From contig NC_045698.1 in assembly GCF_009834535.1 (NCBI RefSeq), positions 3,784,001-3,848,000 of the forward strand: a DNA stretch of 64,000 bases, read 5' to 3'. How positions within the stretch are numbered: position 1 is the first letter of the stretch; every line of letters starts with the position of its first letter. Positions 27,195 through 40,270 of this stretch are shown here, in pieces. Below the pieces are notes generated by a model that was given only the letters and a program-made list of their open reading frames with translations, was not told the DNA's origin and did not search any database. A program made the position numbers and the translations under genes. Source of the stretch: Camelus ferus (Eukaryota).

Positions 27195-27510
27195 GAGAAT
27201 TGCCCCGGATAGAGTTAAACAGGCAAAGAAGACTGTATTTGAGACTGTTGCAATGGGGGAGAGAGGTTGGCCTCAGCTCGGAATACAGCGAGGGCAGCTG
27301 GGGACCTCAAGTCCATGGGCTGAGTCTGTGGATGGAAAATCACCCAGACGAACTGGTTAGAAACCAGGGTGGGGGAGGAGCAACTTGATTGGATATCAAG
27401 GCTGGGGGGACTCTTGATAACCTGGCTTAGCAGGAGTCTTGCTAAAACTGGGCACAGCAGGCCAAGGACCAGGCCCAGCCTGGTCCAGGAGGGCGCCCTT
27501 GTCAGGGCAC
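27195..27510 (-). mobile_element. ERV1-class LTR remnant (MER31/MER67-like)
   Basis: Contains 'gttaaacaggcaaagaagact..gcaatgggggagagag', 'gtggatggaaaat' and 'tagcaggagtcttgctaaaactgg'. It shares motifs with 58810-59195. Confidence 0.6.
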
Positions 27511-28613
27511 GGAGCTCGAATGCTCCCTGTTTCTTTGCTTTGTTACCCCCGTGTACCCTCTTCCCAAATGGAGGCTGCTTTGAGGTTGTATTGTGTTTTC
27601 ACCCCTCAGTCTTTTAAAGTCCCACCTTTTACTCTTCAGAGTCTAGAAATAATCAGATCATCCCAGGCTGCAAGGGCCCCAGATTCTGGACTCAGAATTT
27701 TCTCTCACCTGTGTTTGCAAATTAGCTAAGTTTCTATGACTTATTTGTCTTTCCTGTAATACTTTTTTGAACCCAAGTGATAACTAAATGCACACTTTGC
27801 CCCTTTTCTGTTTTGTAAAATGGATCTCCCTTGTTTCAGCTTCTGGAATCAGATCCCTTGCCACGCACTGCTCTGCTGTTGAGCCAATGTCATGAATTTT
27901 CATTTTTTATTTCTGCAGCACTCCACCTTTGCACAAAGATTCATAATATTATGATAACACTCAACTCTGCTGTGGTAGCAGATAAATACTCAGGTGACAC
28001 TGGTTTAATACAATGAAACTTTACGTCTTGCCCACAGGACACATCCTACGCCGAACAGTGAGATGAAGGATGGCAGGTTGGGAGGGGTGTCAGCTGAGCT
28101 GGATTCCGCCTGCATGTGGCTGCTCATGTGGAGCCAACAGTCATGGTGGCAGGTGTGCAGGAGAGAGGACTGCAGTCTCGGGCTCCTGCAGGCCTCCGCC
28201 TGGAGCTGCCAGGCGCTGCTCTCACGCCCTATTGGCCAGACATGGCTACAGGGCCCGGGGAGGCTGGACGCTGGCAGGGGACCGAGAAGCATGGTGAGGC
28301 AAGTGGACAGTTGATGTATCTACTACAGTAGGTTTCAAAAATATGATACATAAATAAACATACGTCAGTGTGCTCTCTACTGTGGGCTCACTCTGTTTTG
28401 AAATAACCTTTGTGTAAAGGCCAGATCTTGTCCATCAGATGCTCATGTTTCAACACGGGCAGTAGGTTGCATTTTCTGAGGGTGGCCTCAAGAGAGTCTC
28501 CCGTTGCCATGACGTTGTCACCCTCCTCGCCTCTCACGACAGCTGGCCCACACCTTGAGTCCAAGCTGGCTTCAGGGACTCACTTATCACCAAAGAAGGG
28601 GCAGGAGCGATAC

Positions 28614-28883
28614 TGCATGACTTTTCTTTTTTTTTTTTTCAACAAAGTCTATTCTAGGAAGAGCAACTCATTGAGAGATAAAATCATTTTAAAATGTACA
28701 TATATGTACTGTTCTTTGTTTCTAAGAACAGTTTAGAACTTTAGCTTTTTAAACTTACATAGTTATCAAAGGAATAAAACCAACCACAAAATAAGAATCA
28801 ACAGAATGCAGTAATCCAATCATAAAGGAAAGTCAAATGTGCTTACACACTTTCAAGAAATCAGTCAGTCAATGCATGACTTT
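28614..28883 (-). pseudogene. retroposed 3'-end fragment of an unidentified polyadenylated RNA, flanked by an 11-bp TSD
   Basis: Direct repeat TGCATGACTTT at 28614-28624 and 28873-28883. A T-run at ~28622-28639 is the poly(A) on the minus strand, with AATAGA just upstream of it. Confidence 0.7.
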
Positions 28884-28886
28884 CCA

Positions 28887-29258
28887 GAATAGATCCATTC
28901 AGGATTTGCAGATATTAGCTACTATATTTACAATAGATAAACAGCAAGGTCCCCCTGTAGCACAGGGAGCCATACTCAGTACCTTGCTCTAGCCTACAAT
29001 AAAAAAGACTATGAGAGGGGAGGACATAGCTCAAGGGGTAGAGCACATGCTTAGCATGCACTGGGTCCGGGGTTTAATCCCCAGTACCTCCTCTAAAAAA
29101 ATAAATAAATGAAGTTAATTACCACCCCCCACAAAAGATAAAAAACACGCAAAGGAATATATCTGCGTAAATGAGCTACTATGCTGTACACCGGAAATTA
29201 ACATAATATTGTGAATGGACTATATTTCAATTGAAAAAAACAAAAAAAGGAATAGATC
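28887..29258 (+). mobile_element. 5'-truncated L1 3' UTR with 9-bp TSD, interrupted by a SINE
   Basis: TSD GAATAGATC at 28887-28895 and 29250-29258. Contains L1 3' UTR motifs 'gatttgcagata', 'tagcacaggga' and 'ctatgctgtacacc', and an A-rich tail. Confidence 0.88.
29017..29146 (+). mobile_element. camelid Vic-1-type tRNA-derived SINE
   Basis: Sequence 'ggggaggacatagctcaaggggtagagcacatgcttagcatgcac...ggtttaatccccagtacctc' carries Pol III A/B-box-like motifs. It is followed by 'aaataaataaat...taattacc' and an A-rich tail. Confidence 0.88.
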
Positions 29259-31199
29259 AGAAATGCCCCTGTGGCCTCTGCCTGTTTCTCTGGAGTCTTA
29301 CTTTGGATGCTTCCTGCTGTGGACTATAGGTTTGCACTCTTGCTGTGAACCTAAGCTGTGAACCTAACACTGCTCTCAAAAACTTTAAAGAAGGGAAGGA
29401 AGGAAGAAAGGGAAGGAGGCAGAGAAGTGGGAGGGAGGGGCCATCCTGGATGCCCAGCGGCCAGAGCAGCAGCCAGCAGCACGGGGAGGGCCTTGCACCA
29501 GCCAGGCTGCAGGTGCTGGCGCTGAACCAGGGCAGGAGCCACTCAGTCCCGGTTCCTCCAAGACTGAGCCCTGGGCAAGAGAGTGAGGATCGGTGAGGGC
29601 CATGCGGAGGGGATCCAGGGCTATGGGTGACAGAGAGCACCTAATGAGGAGAAGGACAGGCGGACACAGGCCTGACGTCCGGACCATTACCCAGGCCTTT
29701 GCGTGAGGACAGGAGAAGTTCCTGTCGGACACACACCCTCTGCCTGTTTCCACCCTGAATGATGTCTGCCTTTCTAGTAATCCTTCACCCTTCAGCCTTT
29801 GGGATTACTTTCAAGTCAGAGCGTTTAGCATAAGAGGCACGTTCCGGGTCAGCCTGCACCAGCACCTCATCCCGGGAGCCCGAGGCGGGTGTGGCTCCAA
29901 GTGGGAATGTGGCTCTGCTGGCAGAGCAGCCCCGCTGACCTGAGCGCCCCTTCTTTTCTGCTTCCTTCTCCTACTTCCTCCCTCCTCTCCCTTCCTCCCC
30001 CGTGCCTCTAATTCTTCCCCAATCCCTGCACTCCCTGTCACAAAGACTGCTGTGTGCATGATGAACGCCCCAGTCCTGGAAGGATGCACTCAGCTCAGCA
30101 AAGAGGCTAACGGGAAGGAAGGAGAGAAAGGAGGGTGAGAACAAAAACACGTGTACAAGTGAGGAGCTCCCTCCTGTGATCCCGAGAAGTAGACATCGGG
30201 GCTGTTCAAGAGTGAGGCCACTGGGGATGGACGGAAGGTGACGAAAGAAGGAGTGACTTACACAGCAGCTGATGGGAGGAATATTCTAGAAACTCAGTGC
30301 TTGGTAGATGAAAGGCTGCTGAGCAGCTCTGAGGAGGTGGGGGATCCAGATGGCATGAGTTTGAGGTAGAACAAAGGAGCGTGACAGAAACACTTTGGAG
30401 CTCCGAGCAGGACGTGTCGGGCGTGGGGACCTGGGTGACGCGGAGCGCTAATCCACCCCGAGGGAGGCCAGGCACGTCGCACACATTTTCTCTGTGACCT
30501 TGTCTCACATCAGAGGTCTCCCAGCCCATTCTCGCAGCTATTTGAGTTTCTCTATTTTTGCCATCTCAGCGAGTTCCATTAAGTGGCGAACGAGCCTGGA
30601 GCAGCACTTCGAGGGTAATTTCCTTCCTCACCAGGCACGGTCACCGTGACTTCCCTCGGTTTTGTACGAACGTTTGTATTTAATGACGCTCAGGGATCCA
30701 AGATGCCTCGCCTCACCGTGAAGCATCTAAAAATAGAGCTACTTTGGAAACAGGGGGTATAAACGAAACTCTTTTCCTAAATTAAACCCAGATATATTTC
30801 CGACCTACATTACAGTTTTGTCACACTGTATTTTTAAACTCCCGTCCTGTTCCCCTCCCGTCCCCTCTGTCACCTCTGCCTTTGTCACTGTACACAAGCA
30901 AACCCTTAAACGTGAGACAGGCATTCACTCTGATACTTTAGCGGCTGCATAGAAATCACCCAGATTTCTCACTTGACCCTTGGATTTAGGCTTATGTCCA
31001 GATTTTTCCGAATAAAAAAGGTTTGGTCATAGACCTGACGTCTCTCTTACTTCTAGTTCATGCTAGTTCATGCTGGCACTTAAACGAGAGGATTCTTTTT
31101 GCTTTTAATCAAAGGAATTGAAGGCTGTGATCGGACTCTTAGCAGCATCCAAGGAGATCAGTTCCCAGTGAGCAGGCCCTGCCATCTGGTTCCCACTGT

Positions 31200-32300
31200 C
31201 TGGGGACCCAGAGCTCACCGGGCACCCAGTGCTGGGCAGGGACGGGGTCCTGGGCAGATCTTCCGCGTGGGAGGGGGTTTGTCACCAGCCCCTCCCCCGG
31301 CCCCCGTGGCAGCAGAGGCCGTGCGTCTGGGTGGGCGCAGTCCTTCCGGAAGACCCGCAGGGCTGCCGCTCAGCTTGGCTCTGGGCTCCTTCTCCATTGG
31401 CCCCAGTGCCTTGGCCCCACGGAGAAAGGCAAGAGGCAGGGCGTGTGTGCTGCAGCACAGCATCTAGGGGTTTGCTGGGGGAGGGGGAGGGGGAGGGGGA
31501 GGGCACCCCGAAGCACACCGCGGAAGGCTCTGCAGAGGCGAGGGGCGCACGCACCCCTCCCTGACAGCCCGGGCATCAGCCGGCATCCCCACCCCCCAAG
31601 GCAGTGGAGGCAGATAGAAGCGTGGTCGTCCGGGCTCTTCGGAAACGGCCCGTGGGAGCCCTGCCGCCCTGCCCTGCGCTCTCTGAGCTGCAACTCCGTC
31701 AAAACCCAGCCCAGCAGCCTTCACAGGGATGTGCGGCATACGCTCTGGTGTGGGAGTTTATTTCCCACCAGAGAGGGCTTGGCGCTGTGCCTCCCGGAGA
31801 GAGCCAGGAAGCAGAAGCCACGCTCTTCCCCTTCTGCAAAGCTGCTGGCAGGGCAGGACCGAGAGGCGCTGCGGCCGCGGCTGGAGGCGGAAGGGGACGC
31901 CCCTCTCCCGGGCCCTTCCCGGGGACCCCGAGTCCCAGCTTCCGAGGCTGGGCGGGGGACCCGGGGCCACGGCTCTCCCACCACCACCCCTGCTCTCTCG
32001 CTGCAGAACCGTGGGGGGCGATGGCGCTGCGTCTGGATGCCCCAGGCGGACCCGTCCACCTGCCCCATATTCGGCGGTACTTAAACACCCTCTGGGGAGG
32101 GTAGGTCACTGAGGACTAGGGCTTGTCCTAAATCAAGTCAGCCTTTTCAGATACAAGCGAATTCTGAGCCAAAAGGGGGACCCTGAGACTCACGTGCAGA
32201 GAACAGGACCCACGTGAGCTCCCGGCTGGGGGCGGGGGGTGAGGGCTCGCGGGACGCCCTGTTCCGGGTTCACCGCCACGACCGCGTCTGAAGGGTTGGG
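31200..32300. promoter_or_regulatory. CpG/GC-rich island (candidate promoter or enhancer)
   Basis: CpG density is visibly elevated relative to the flanks. GC-box-like sites 'gggcgggg' (~31950) and 'ggggcggggg' (~32229), and a (GGGGGA)n tract at ~31477-31503. Confidence 0.6.
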
Positions 32301-32879
32301 AACAGGCAATGACCGAATATCGTGCTGCTCAGGAAAAGGCAGGGATTTGAAATCGGAGAGCAGCCCCAATTCTGCCCCGCCTGTTGGGACCTGTGCCATC
32401 TCAGGAGACTTGTTGCCCTTTCTGAGCCTCAGTTTTTGCTGCCCTCCATGGATAACAGGACGTGCTGGCAAGTTAACACGATAAATGGGAACTTCGTAGA
32501 GAAACGTGAGGCCCTCGTGCTGGTGCCTGAGTCACTGGAGTGGGCACTTTAAAATTGATGGTAGCGCTGATCACATCGCCTCCAATCTGATTATTTCACC
32601 TTCAAATTTTTTTTTTCTCATAATAGTGACTTTTGGAGGTTTCTTTTTGAGGCTGGAAAGGAAAGGAAACAGGGAGAAACTGGGCCCTGAATCTCTCTAG
32701 TAATAATGCAGTGGATGGAGCTACAGGCCAGAAGTCTTAAGTAACAGGCTGGAGACCCCTCCCTGGCACTACCCAGTGACATGGGACATGGCGGGGCCTC
32801 CTCTCCCCTTCAGCCTCCCCAGGACCAGAGTGAGAGCTTCAATCTAAACAATCTTTTATTATGAGACATCGATTTAGAG

Positions 32880-33065
32880 GAGGGGCACCTAACCAGGATG
32901 ATTTTGCCTCCCAGAGGCATTTGGCAATGTCTAGAGACGTTTTAGGTTGTGACAAGTGGAGGATGCTACTGGAATACTGTGCAGAGAAGGGGGTCCTAAA
33001 ATGCACAGGACAGCCCCCATGGCAGAAGATTACCCAACCCCAGATGTCAGTGCCACCAAGACTGA
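32880..33065. mobile_element. MER20 (hAT-Charlie MITE)
   Basis: Runs 'gattttgcctcccagaggcatttggcaatgtctagagacgttttaggttgtgacaa...atgcacaggacagccccc'. Confidence 0.9.
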
Positions 33066-36000
33066 TTAGATGAAGTAAACACAGTGTGCGTGTCTGTGTG
33101 TGTCAAGAAAATTTATTCCAACGATACGCATGTCTTAGAAGTTTTGGAACTTATTCTTAGCTTAGGAAAAAACCAACAGGATAAAACTTCTGCACATTTT
33201 AAAAATAAATATCTTTTATTATGCCTTTCAGGAAAGGGCCTTATGAAATCTGGGTGTGCATGGAAGATGCTAACATTTCAACCAAGTGTATCACCTGCTT
33301 CAAAGGTAACATGTTGTTCTTTGAAAGAAGACAAGGTATTTTTGGGATACTATGGTTTGGTATTTAGTTTCAAGATTCTTATCTACTTCTCCCAGCTGGG
33401 TTTAATCTAGTTTTATTTGCCCATCTAACATATCGTTACTGAAAAAAAATAAATTAAAAACGGTATTAACTATTCCCGTTCTCCCTCCTCTCTTCCTTGT
33501 CTTCATATCATTGTGTAAGTAGGTCTGGTGATAATTAAGCTTCGTCCAGATGGAGGGGGGATCTCTACTAACAGAATTACCCACAGATGCTGCCTCAAAT
33601 CCATCTGGCTGAGGGAAACACGACGCTTTGCTGTTCTTTAGGTAAGGCCTGTTTTGCTGTGGATACAAAGACATGCCTTCTTCTTAAGAGTACTCATTTT
33701 AATAAATGAAAATGCCCTGATCTCTCATTTTACTTATGCCACGTTTAGGACACAGAGGTCAGCCGAGAATGACAGCCCATCACACCGGAAATCCTGTGTG
33801 TGCGCAGCTGGCCAGATGCTAAGGGTCAGATGAATGATTCTACCCCCCACTCTCTTCCCCTCTGTCTCTCTCTTCTCACAAAGATTTAGTTTTTCTCACA
33901 TTTCTAGGAATAGGAATGATTTGGGGAGAAATCCAAAGAGGCAGATACTAGTTTTGTGTTGTGCCTTCCTTTGGTTCCCCTCTAACGAGCATCTGGACTA
34001 ACTGGACCCTGGGCTGTCCTTAGAATCCACCTTAGTCTCAGACTAACCCAGGAGAGGCTGACCCTTTGCTCATTCCAGGGGATATCAACGTCTTTCTAGA
34101 CCTTTCAGGATTCATCTCCTATTGAATCATTCCATCAATACTCTTTGAGTGTCCACCATGTGGCCCCTGTTGCTTTAGATTTTTCCATCCTAATCTATTA
34201 CGTCCCCACCTGTATGATCTTGATAATTCATTTAACCTCTCCCCGTTCCAACTTCCCTCATCTAAAAAGAGACAAATGACACGGAAACCGACTCATTACT
34301 TAATGCACACGCTCCCTCTCACCACACACGCCACGTCTTTGGGTAACAGTGGCTTTTCCGAGACCCGCACCAGGCTTATCCCGAGAGTCTGTGACATCGT
34401 ACCCCTGGTGGACAAGTCCAGCCTATGAGCTGTCCTCCTGTCTTTGTTTTTCGTGTGGGTTTTGGCCTCCCTGTGAGTTCAGCTATGGGAGACATGCCTC
34501 CCTGAGCACGTTATGATATGGTGATCTTGCCTGCTGTCCTGTATTTTACATAATCATTCTGGAATTTAATTCAAAACTTCTCCATGTTCTAAAATTAGTC
34601 TATCTCTTGTCTTATTTTTATACCTCTAACATGGCTGCCAACTTTTTGCTTGGCGTGAAATATGAGTTCAAACTGATATACCAGAATGGTATTAATTATA
34701 GCACCCCAAATAGTAACAAAAAGCTGCATTACGAAAATTACTGGTTAACCACATACAAACAGTGCTTGCTGTCAGCTTTTTATAGCTAAAATTGGGACTA
34801 AGTTGGGCCCAGTTTGTCTTGAACAGTGATGATGTTTCAAACCGCTATATCCTCCAAGAACCCATAATGTGAGTAGGTTAATTTAAAGACTTGAAGAGCA
34901 AGGACCATAAATGCAGGTCCCCAGGATGTGAGGTCAGGTTTCTGGTTCTGTCTGGAACACACCACCATTATTATGCACTTGGAGGATCAAAAAAGAAACA
35001 CAATCTTATAATGCCACTGAGAGGAGTAGCTTGTTAAAATATTCAGAGCATATTGAGATACACTATAAATAACTAACTCTGCTTTTTTATTCTCTCATCA
35101 AGTTATAACAATAGCTGTGGTGCAATCAAGTAAAGTTTAGATTTTCCCAGTGATCTAGGCTTTTGACCCTGTTTTATATATAAATTTTTTTAAGAGAAAA
35201 TTTCCTTTGTAAAGAAGGCTAATAAAATTCTGGGAAAAAAATTAATGATTTCTTGGCAGGGAAAAAGGAGAGACCAAAGGTGAGATTATAATGTAATAAA
35301 AGCTAATTTGACTAAATCAAAATTGTCCCTGGAACTAAGAAACTTCACTTCTAAAATGAAAACTGTTCCCATAATCTAACAGGCCTATACATTTTAATTT
35401 CTTGGTAAAAATGAATGATAAACAGTTCTATGAGCTGTTTCATGGCTTGTCCAAATAAGGTGGGTTTAATTCCTTGATCCCTCTTTAAAAAACCCTGGTT
35501 GATTTGGCAAGCGTACTTTTCATGAAACGTTAATGGAAAAAATTTGAGAGATTTCCATCAACCACTAATGAAGATTTTTGTGATTTTTTTCCAGATAGTA
35601 GCTTTACTTTTTAAGGACCATTGGTCTTATTAACCATCCCCGAAATTACTTAGCTGTTCCATTCCATGCTTAGTAGGAAAACCCTCGTTTCATATAATGT
35701 TTTGCAGTCTCCAATGGATGAGTTAAATTAATGTGTTCACTCGTGGAAATGTGGTGCATGTGCAGTAAGTTTCAGACTCACTGCCTTGAAAATTCATTGG
35801 TGCACGTACAAGAGCAGGGAGTTTGGGAAGGTAAAATACCTACTTGACCAACACAGATTTTACTTCTGTGTCATAAGTAAGAAAGGCATGCAATTATTTC
35901 TTCTCCAAGGAAGAGTATTTATTTCCCATGAAGGGGTTTTCCTTCCAAGATCACTGGTCCATTTTCTTTCAGAAGGTTCTCGCTACCTCCATGTGAACAT

Positions 36001-36589
36001 TTTTGGCTGTTACTATTTTGGAACTTAATAAGAAGCTCAGGAGGTTATGAAAGGGGTCTGCCTTTTGCAAAGAAATTGGGTTAAAATGAAGAGAAAATCA
36101 GCTTGTCCTCCTTGGGTCCCTCTCTTGGTCTGTAGCTGCAGAAGGACTCTTTTCTGGCTGGGAGCTCAGGGACATCCTTGACTTCAGGAACAACCTTCAA
36201 AATCAGGAGAATTTGACTAGACTTAATGCTGATTCTGTTCCCCAGTCTCCAGTCTCATACTTAGACTCCTACTGTTTCTCTCACGTTTATAGACTCCTTT
36301 GTTATGATCATTCAACCTGGGTTCTGATTGAGTGTCTAAATCATGTGTTCTGATCTTCGAAAAAGAGATGATATATTGTAAAAATACATTTGAAGCACCT
36401 ACTCACCTTCTTCAAGAACTTGGGGTTTGCAGAGTTCTACTACTGAACACCATGCTCTATTTGATGCTCTCAGCCTTCCTGCTCATTCGGTGCCTTGAGA
36501 TTATCCTGGTGTTCCTGGCACAAATCTTCTACAGCTGGGATCTTCCTTCTCTGATGATGGATCCTTGAGGTATGTCAGTGTTTTTGGAA

Positions 36590-36750
36590 GGGTGGTACCA
36601 GGCCTGCCTGAGTCAGAATTGTGTGGGATGCCTATTAGAAATTCAGACACTCTCAGCACTTTCAACAGACTCCCTGAATCACAATCTCTGGAGATACAGC
36701 CCAAGAATTAGCATTTAAACAAGCTGTTTAGCACGTCGATATTGGACTGC
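36590..36750. mobile_element. MER5A-like hAT MITE remnant
   Basis: Contains 'agactccctgaatcacaatctctggagatacagcccaagaattagcatttaaacaagct'. Confidence 0.6.
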
Positions 36751-37849
36751 ATACCAGAGTGTGAGTCAGAGATTATATATAGAACATTGCATCTGAGTAA
36801 ATGTCACACAAGAAAGAGGTGCTGTGGACCACTGGCATGCCCTTGACCAGAGTTTAAAGGGAGTAAAATGGATGTTCTCTTAATATCAGAATCGTTACTA
36901 GTCAGAACAATAAAAATTGCAATATATTATAAAGGAATACTTGCACATAAACAATTTTGGATATTTCTATTTGATCTCTCTCCCAATAGCCACTTGAGGA
37001 TCTGATTAAAGAGAACCCAGAGAATGTTGGTGATTAAAATTCAAACCTCTCTACATATTAAAAAAAAAGACTCAGTTCCACAAGAAAAGCAAACAACGTC
37101 ACTCGTAACACACGCCTATAATATAGTTAGGAGACAGGAATATTATAAATGTCAAATAAACAGCAAGATTCAGACGTGAACTCTGGAGCCCATCCTGAAC
37201 AAACTGTCGGGTAGCAGCATGTAGAGAAATGGAGAGGGAAGAGGCTGTGTGTAGAGGAGAAAGCCCCTCTTGGTGAGGAAATAAGGAAAATCATTTCTGA
37301 AGGAGAAGTAGGATGGTCTAGTGGTAAAGGAGAAGGGAGCGAGGGGTGAAGCAAGTACCGACATAAACACAAGAGAAGCCGAGAATATGCAATACCCCAG
37401 TGCCCTCCCCTGGCAACAGAGGTCAGAAGGGAGGGAGGGAGGGAGGGAAGGAGAAATGAAGGAAAGAGCTGCCTTTAACTGTACCAATAGAAGAATGCGT
37501 GTTTGAATCAAGATGCCCAAACTCCATTTGCACTTCTGTATTCAACTGTTGTTGCTGGTCACCAACAACCAAAGGTATTTTTAAATAATTGAGAGAGAAA
37601 AAAAGTTATAAAATACAGAAAATATCATAAGAAAATCATAAAAATAAAGATGTTTGTCAAATATATAATTTCTATCCCAGAGAGGCATTTATGAGTGGGA
37701 CAGAAGCATTATTTGTTCTAAAACTGCTAACACACCAATCCACAGATTAAAAAAATCTCTACAAAAACAACAAAATAAAAAGCAAAGCAAGATAAACAAA
37801 AACAAGCAAACAACTAGATACATTCTAGTAAAAAAAAAAAAAAGCAAAG

Positions 37850-38535
37850 ACACAGATGGAACAAGCAGCCAGAGGGGAAAAACACAAGACATAATACTTT
37901 CAAAGGAGCAACAGTAAAACTAGACACCGACTTTTGACAAGAATAGTTGAAGCCAGAAGACAATGGAATTGCATCCGTATTTTCAAAGGGCTGAAAAAAA
38001 AATTGCCAGCCTAGAATTGGCTACCAAGAGATCACACCCTTCACAAATGAGGCAAAATCAACGTATGTTCAGAGGAACAAAATGAAGAGAAATAATTACC
38101 AGCAGATCTTCATTAAGAGAAATTCTAAGGAAGTTGTTCACAGAGAAGGATATTCATCACAGACAGAAACCTAAAGGAACAGACATAAATGCAGAAGAAT
38201 GGAAAGAGTGAATTATATGAGTAAATATGAATGAATATTGATGGTGTAAAACAATAGTATCTGATGGGATTTAAAATATGTTTATGATTGAAACATCTGA
38301 CAACAGTAACACTAAATGTCAGAAAAATGAATGGAGCTCTGAACTCTTATCATTATCAGGAAATTAGTGAAAATAATAATTTAAATTAAATTGTATATAG
38401 GTCAGGCATGAATATTTTAACTTTTGGGTAACTACTCAAAGAATAATTAAATAATATGTAACTAACAAAAATTAGAGGAAAAACATAGCAAAATACTTGA
38501 CTGATCAAAATCGAGAAAGAAAAGAAGAAGGAAAT
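37850..38535 (+). mobile_element. old L1 ORF1/inter-ORF fragment
   Basis: Contains 'gaagccagaagacaatggaat..ttcaaagggctgaaaaaaaa..gccagcctagaatt' and 'ttaccagcagatct'. Confidence 0.75.
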
Positions 38536-38599
38536 TAACCTACATACAGTCTACCTTCGGATAATCCCACGCTGCCTGCCTTGCAAGGGTCTGTGCGCC

Positions 38600-40270
38600 T
38601 CCGTGTTTCCTCTCCTGGAATCTGTGCTGGTGCATATGTTTTTCTTCTGCATATGGTATAACCCCCAGGATACACTGCAGTTATTTTTCTTTTACATAAT
38701 TAGTTACCTTTTTAGAGATGTAACAAACAAAAAGGAAAGAATTCTTGATACTTTCCCATGTAATGACCTGATACCCTCTTTCCTTCGCGTAGTTCTGGGC
38801 TTCCATCCAGTATCATCTTTCCTTTGCTTGAAGGACGTCTTTAACTTTTCTTGTAGTGCAAATTTTCTTGTGATGAATTCTTTCAGTTTTTGTGTATCTT
38901 GAAAAAGTCCTATGTCTTCATAATTTTTGAAAGGTACATTCAGGGAGTAAAGAATTCTAAGTTGACAATTTCCCCTAGTGCTTTAAAGCTGTTTCTCCCC
39001 TGTTATCTAGCTTACACTGTTTCTGATAGGAAATCTACTGTCGTCCTCTTCCTTGTTCTTCAGTACCTAAATGCCTTTTTTTCTCTGGCTGTTTTTAAGA
39101 TTTACTTCTTGGAACTGTGGGTTTGTAGTTTTCATCAAATTTGGAGAAGTTTTGGCCATTAGCACTTCCAATGGCTTTTCTTTCCCCCCACCCTCATCTC
39201 TTCCCCTCCTCTGGAGACCCTAGTCAGATGTCTGTTTGACTATTTGAAGTTGTCCCACCATCCATTTCTTCTAAAATTCTCCTTTCTCTCTGAATTTCAT
39301 TTTTAATCATTTCTTTTCTCTATTTTTTCTTCTGCAATGTCTAATCTTTTATCAACACCACCTATTATATTTTTTACATAATTAGTAGTCCTTCACACGT
39401 CTAGAAGTTTGACTTGGGCGGTTTCAATGCCTCCTGCGTCTCAGCGTAACACGCTTAACCGTTCCTGTAGACTCTTGAACACACGGTATACAGCCAGGCA
39501 CCTCTTTTGACTCTACCTGTGCCATTTTTGACCGGCTGGCTTTTCTCCTCATGCAGATTTGTATTTTCCTACTTCTCTGTAGGCGTGGTGGGTTTTGATT
39601 GGATACCAAATGAGAATTTTACCTTGGATGTTGGATGCTTTTGCATTCCTATATGTACTCTGGACCTGTATTCTTGGAGGAAGTAAAGGTAGCCAGGGAC
39701 AGAGTGGTCCTTTCAGAAATCACTTCAAAGCTGACTTGGGTGAGATCAGAACAGTGTTTAGTCTAGCGTTAGCTTCCCCCCAGTACTTAGCCATGGCTCT
39801 TCTTAGTGCTCTGTGGATGTCCCACGGACGATGAGATTTTCCTCTCTGGCTGGGAAGAGGCATTATGCCCCTCCAGCTAGAGACCGGGTGCTGTTCTCCC
39901 CAGTCCTGCTGGGTCCTTCACCCCTCTTTCTGGTAGTTTCCTGACACACAGGCGGATCACTGTTCCCTGGACTGAGCTGACCCTCTGTCTCGGGAACTCC
40001 AACCATCTGGTTTACTTGAACTCACATCTCTCTCTTCCTCGTGGATTCTGCCTGGTCCCCTCCCTGTGCTGCAGCCTCAGCGCCTTCTCTGGACGGTAAG
40101 CTGAGACATCATAGGGCTCACCTTTCTGTCTCTTAGATGTCTCTGCCCTTTGTCACCTCATGTCCAGTGTTTTAAAACCATTGTTTGACACATTGTGTCA
40201 GCCTTTTGTCCCCTTGGGCTAGAGAGTAAACCCAGTCCCTGTGACTTTATCTAGACTGAGAGCAGAAGTC
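38600..40270 (-). mobile_element. old L1M 5'/ORF1-region fragment
   Basis: Contains 'gatgaattctttcagtttttgtgtatcttgaaaa', 'tttcatcaaatttggagaagttttggccatta' and 'ccagtccctgtgactttatctagactgagagcagaagtc'. Confidence 0.75.

Noticed and set aside
29017..29090. Possible tRNA gene
   Set aside because: It has degenerate stems and a SINE-type tail, and it sits inside an L1 fragment, so it is a SINE head.
29342..29367. Small tandem duplication gctgtgaacctaa x2 (also ctagttcatg x2 at ~31053)
   Set aside because: These are ordinary slippage micro-duplications, not a repeat-spacer array. No CRISPR-like structure was seen anywhere in the window.
31099..32112. Many overlapping 100-213 aa ORFs on both strands
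   Set aside because: Stop-codon depletion in GC-rich sequence explains them, and they show no protein-like signature.
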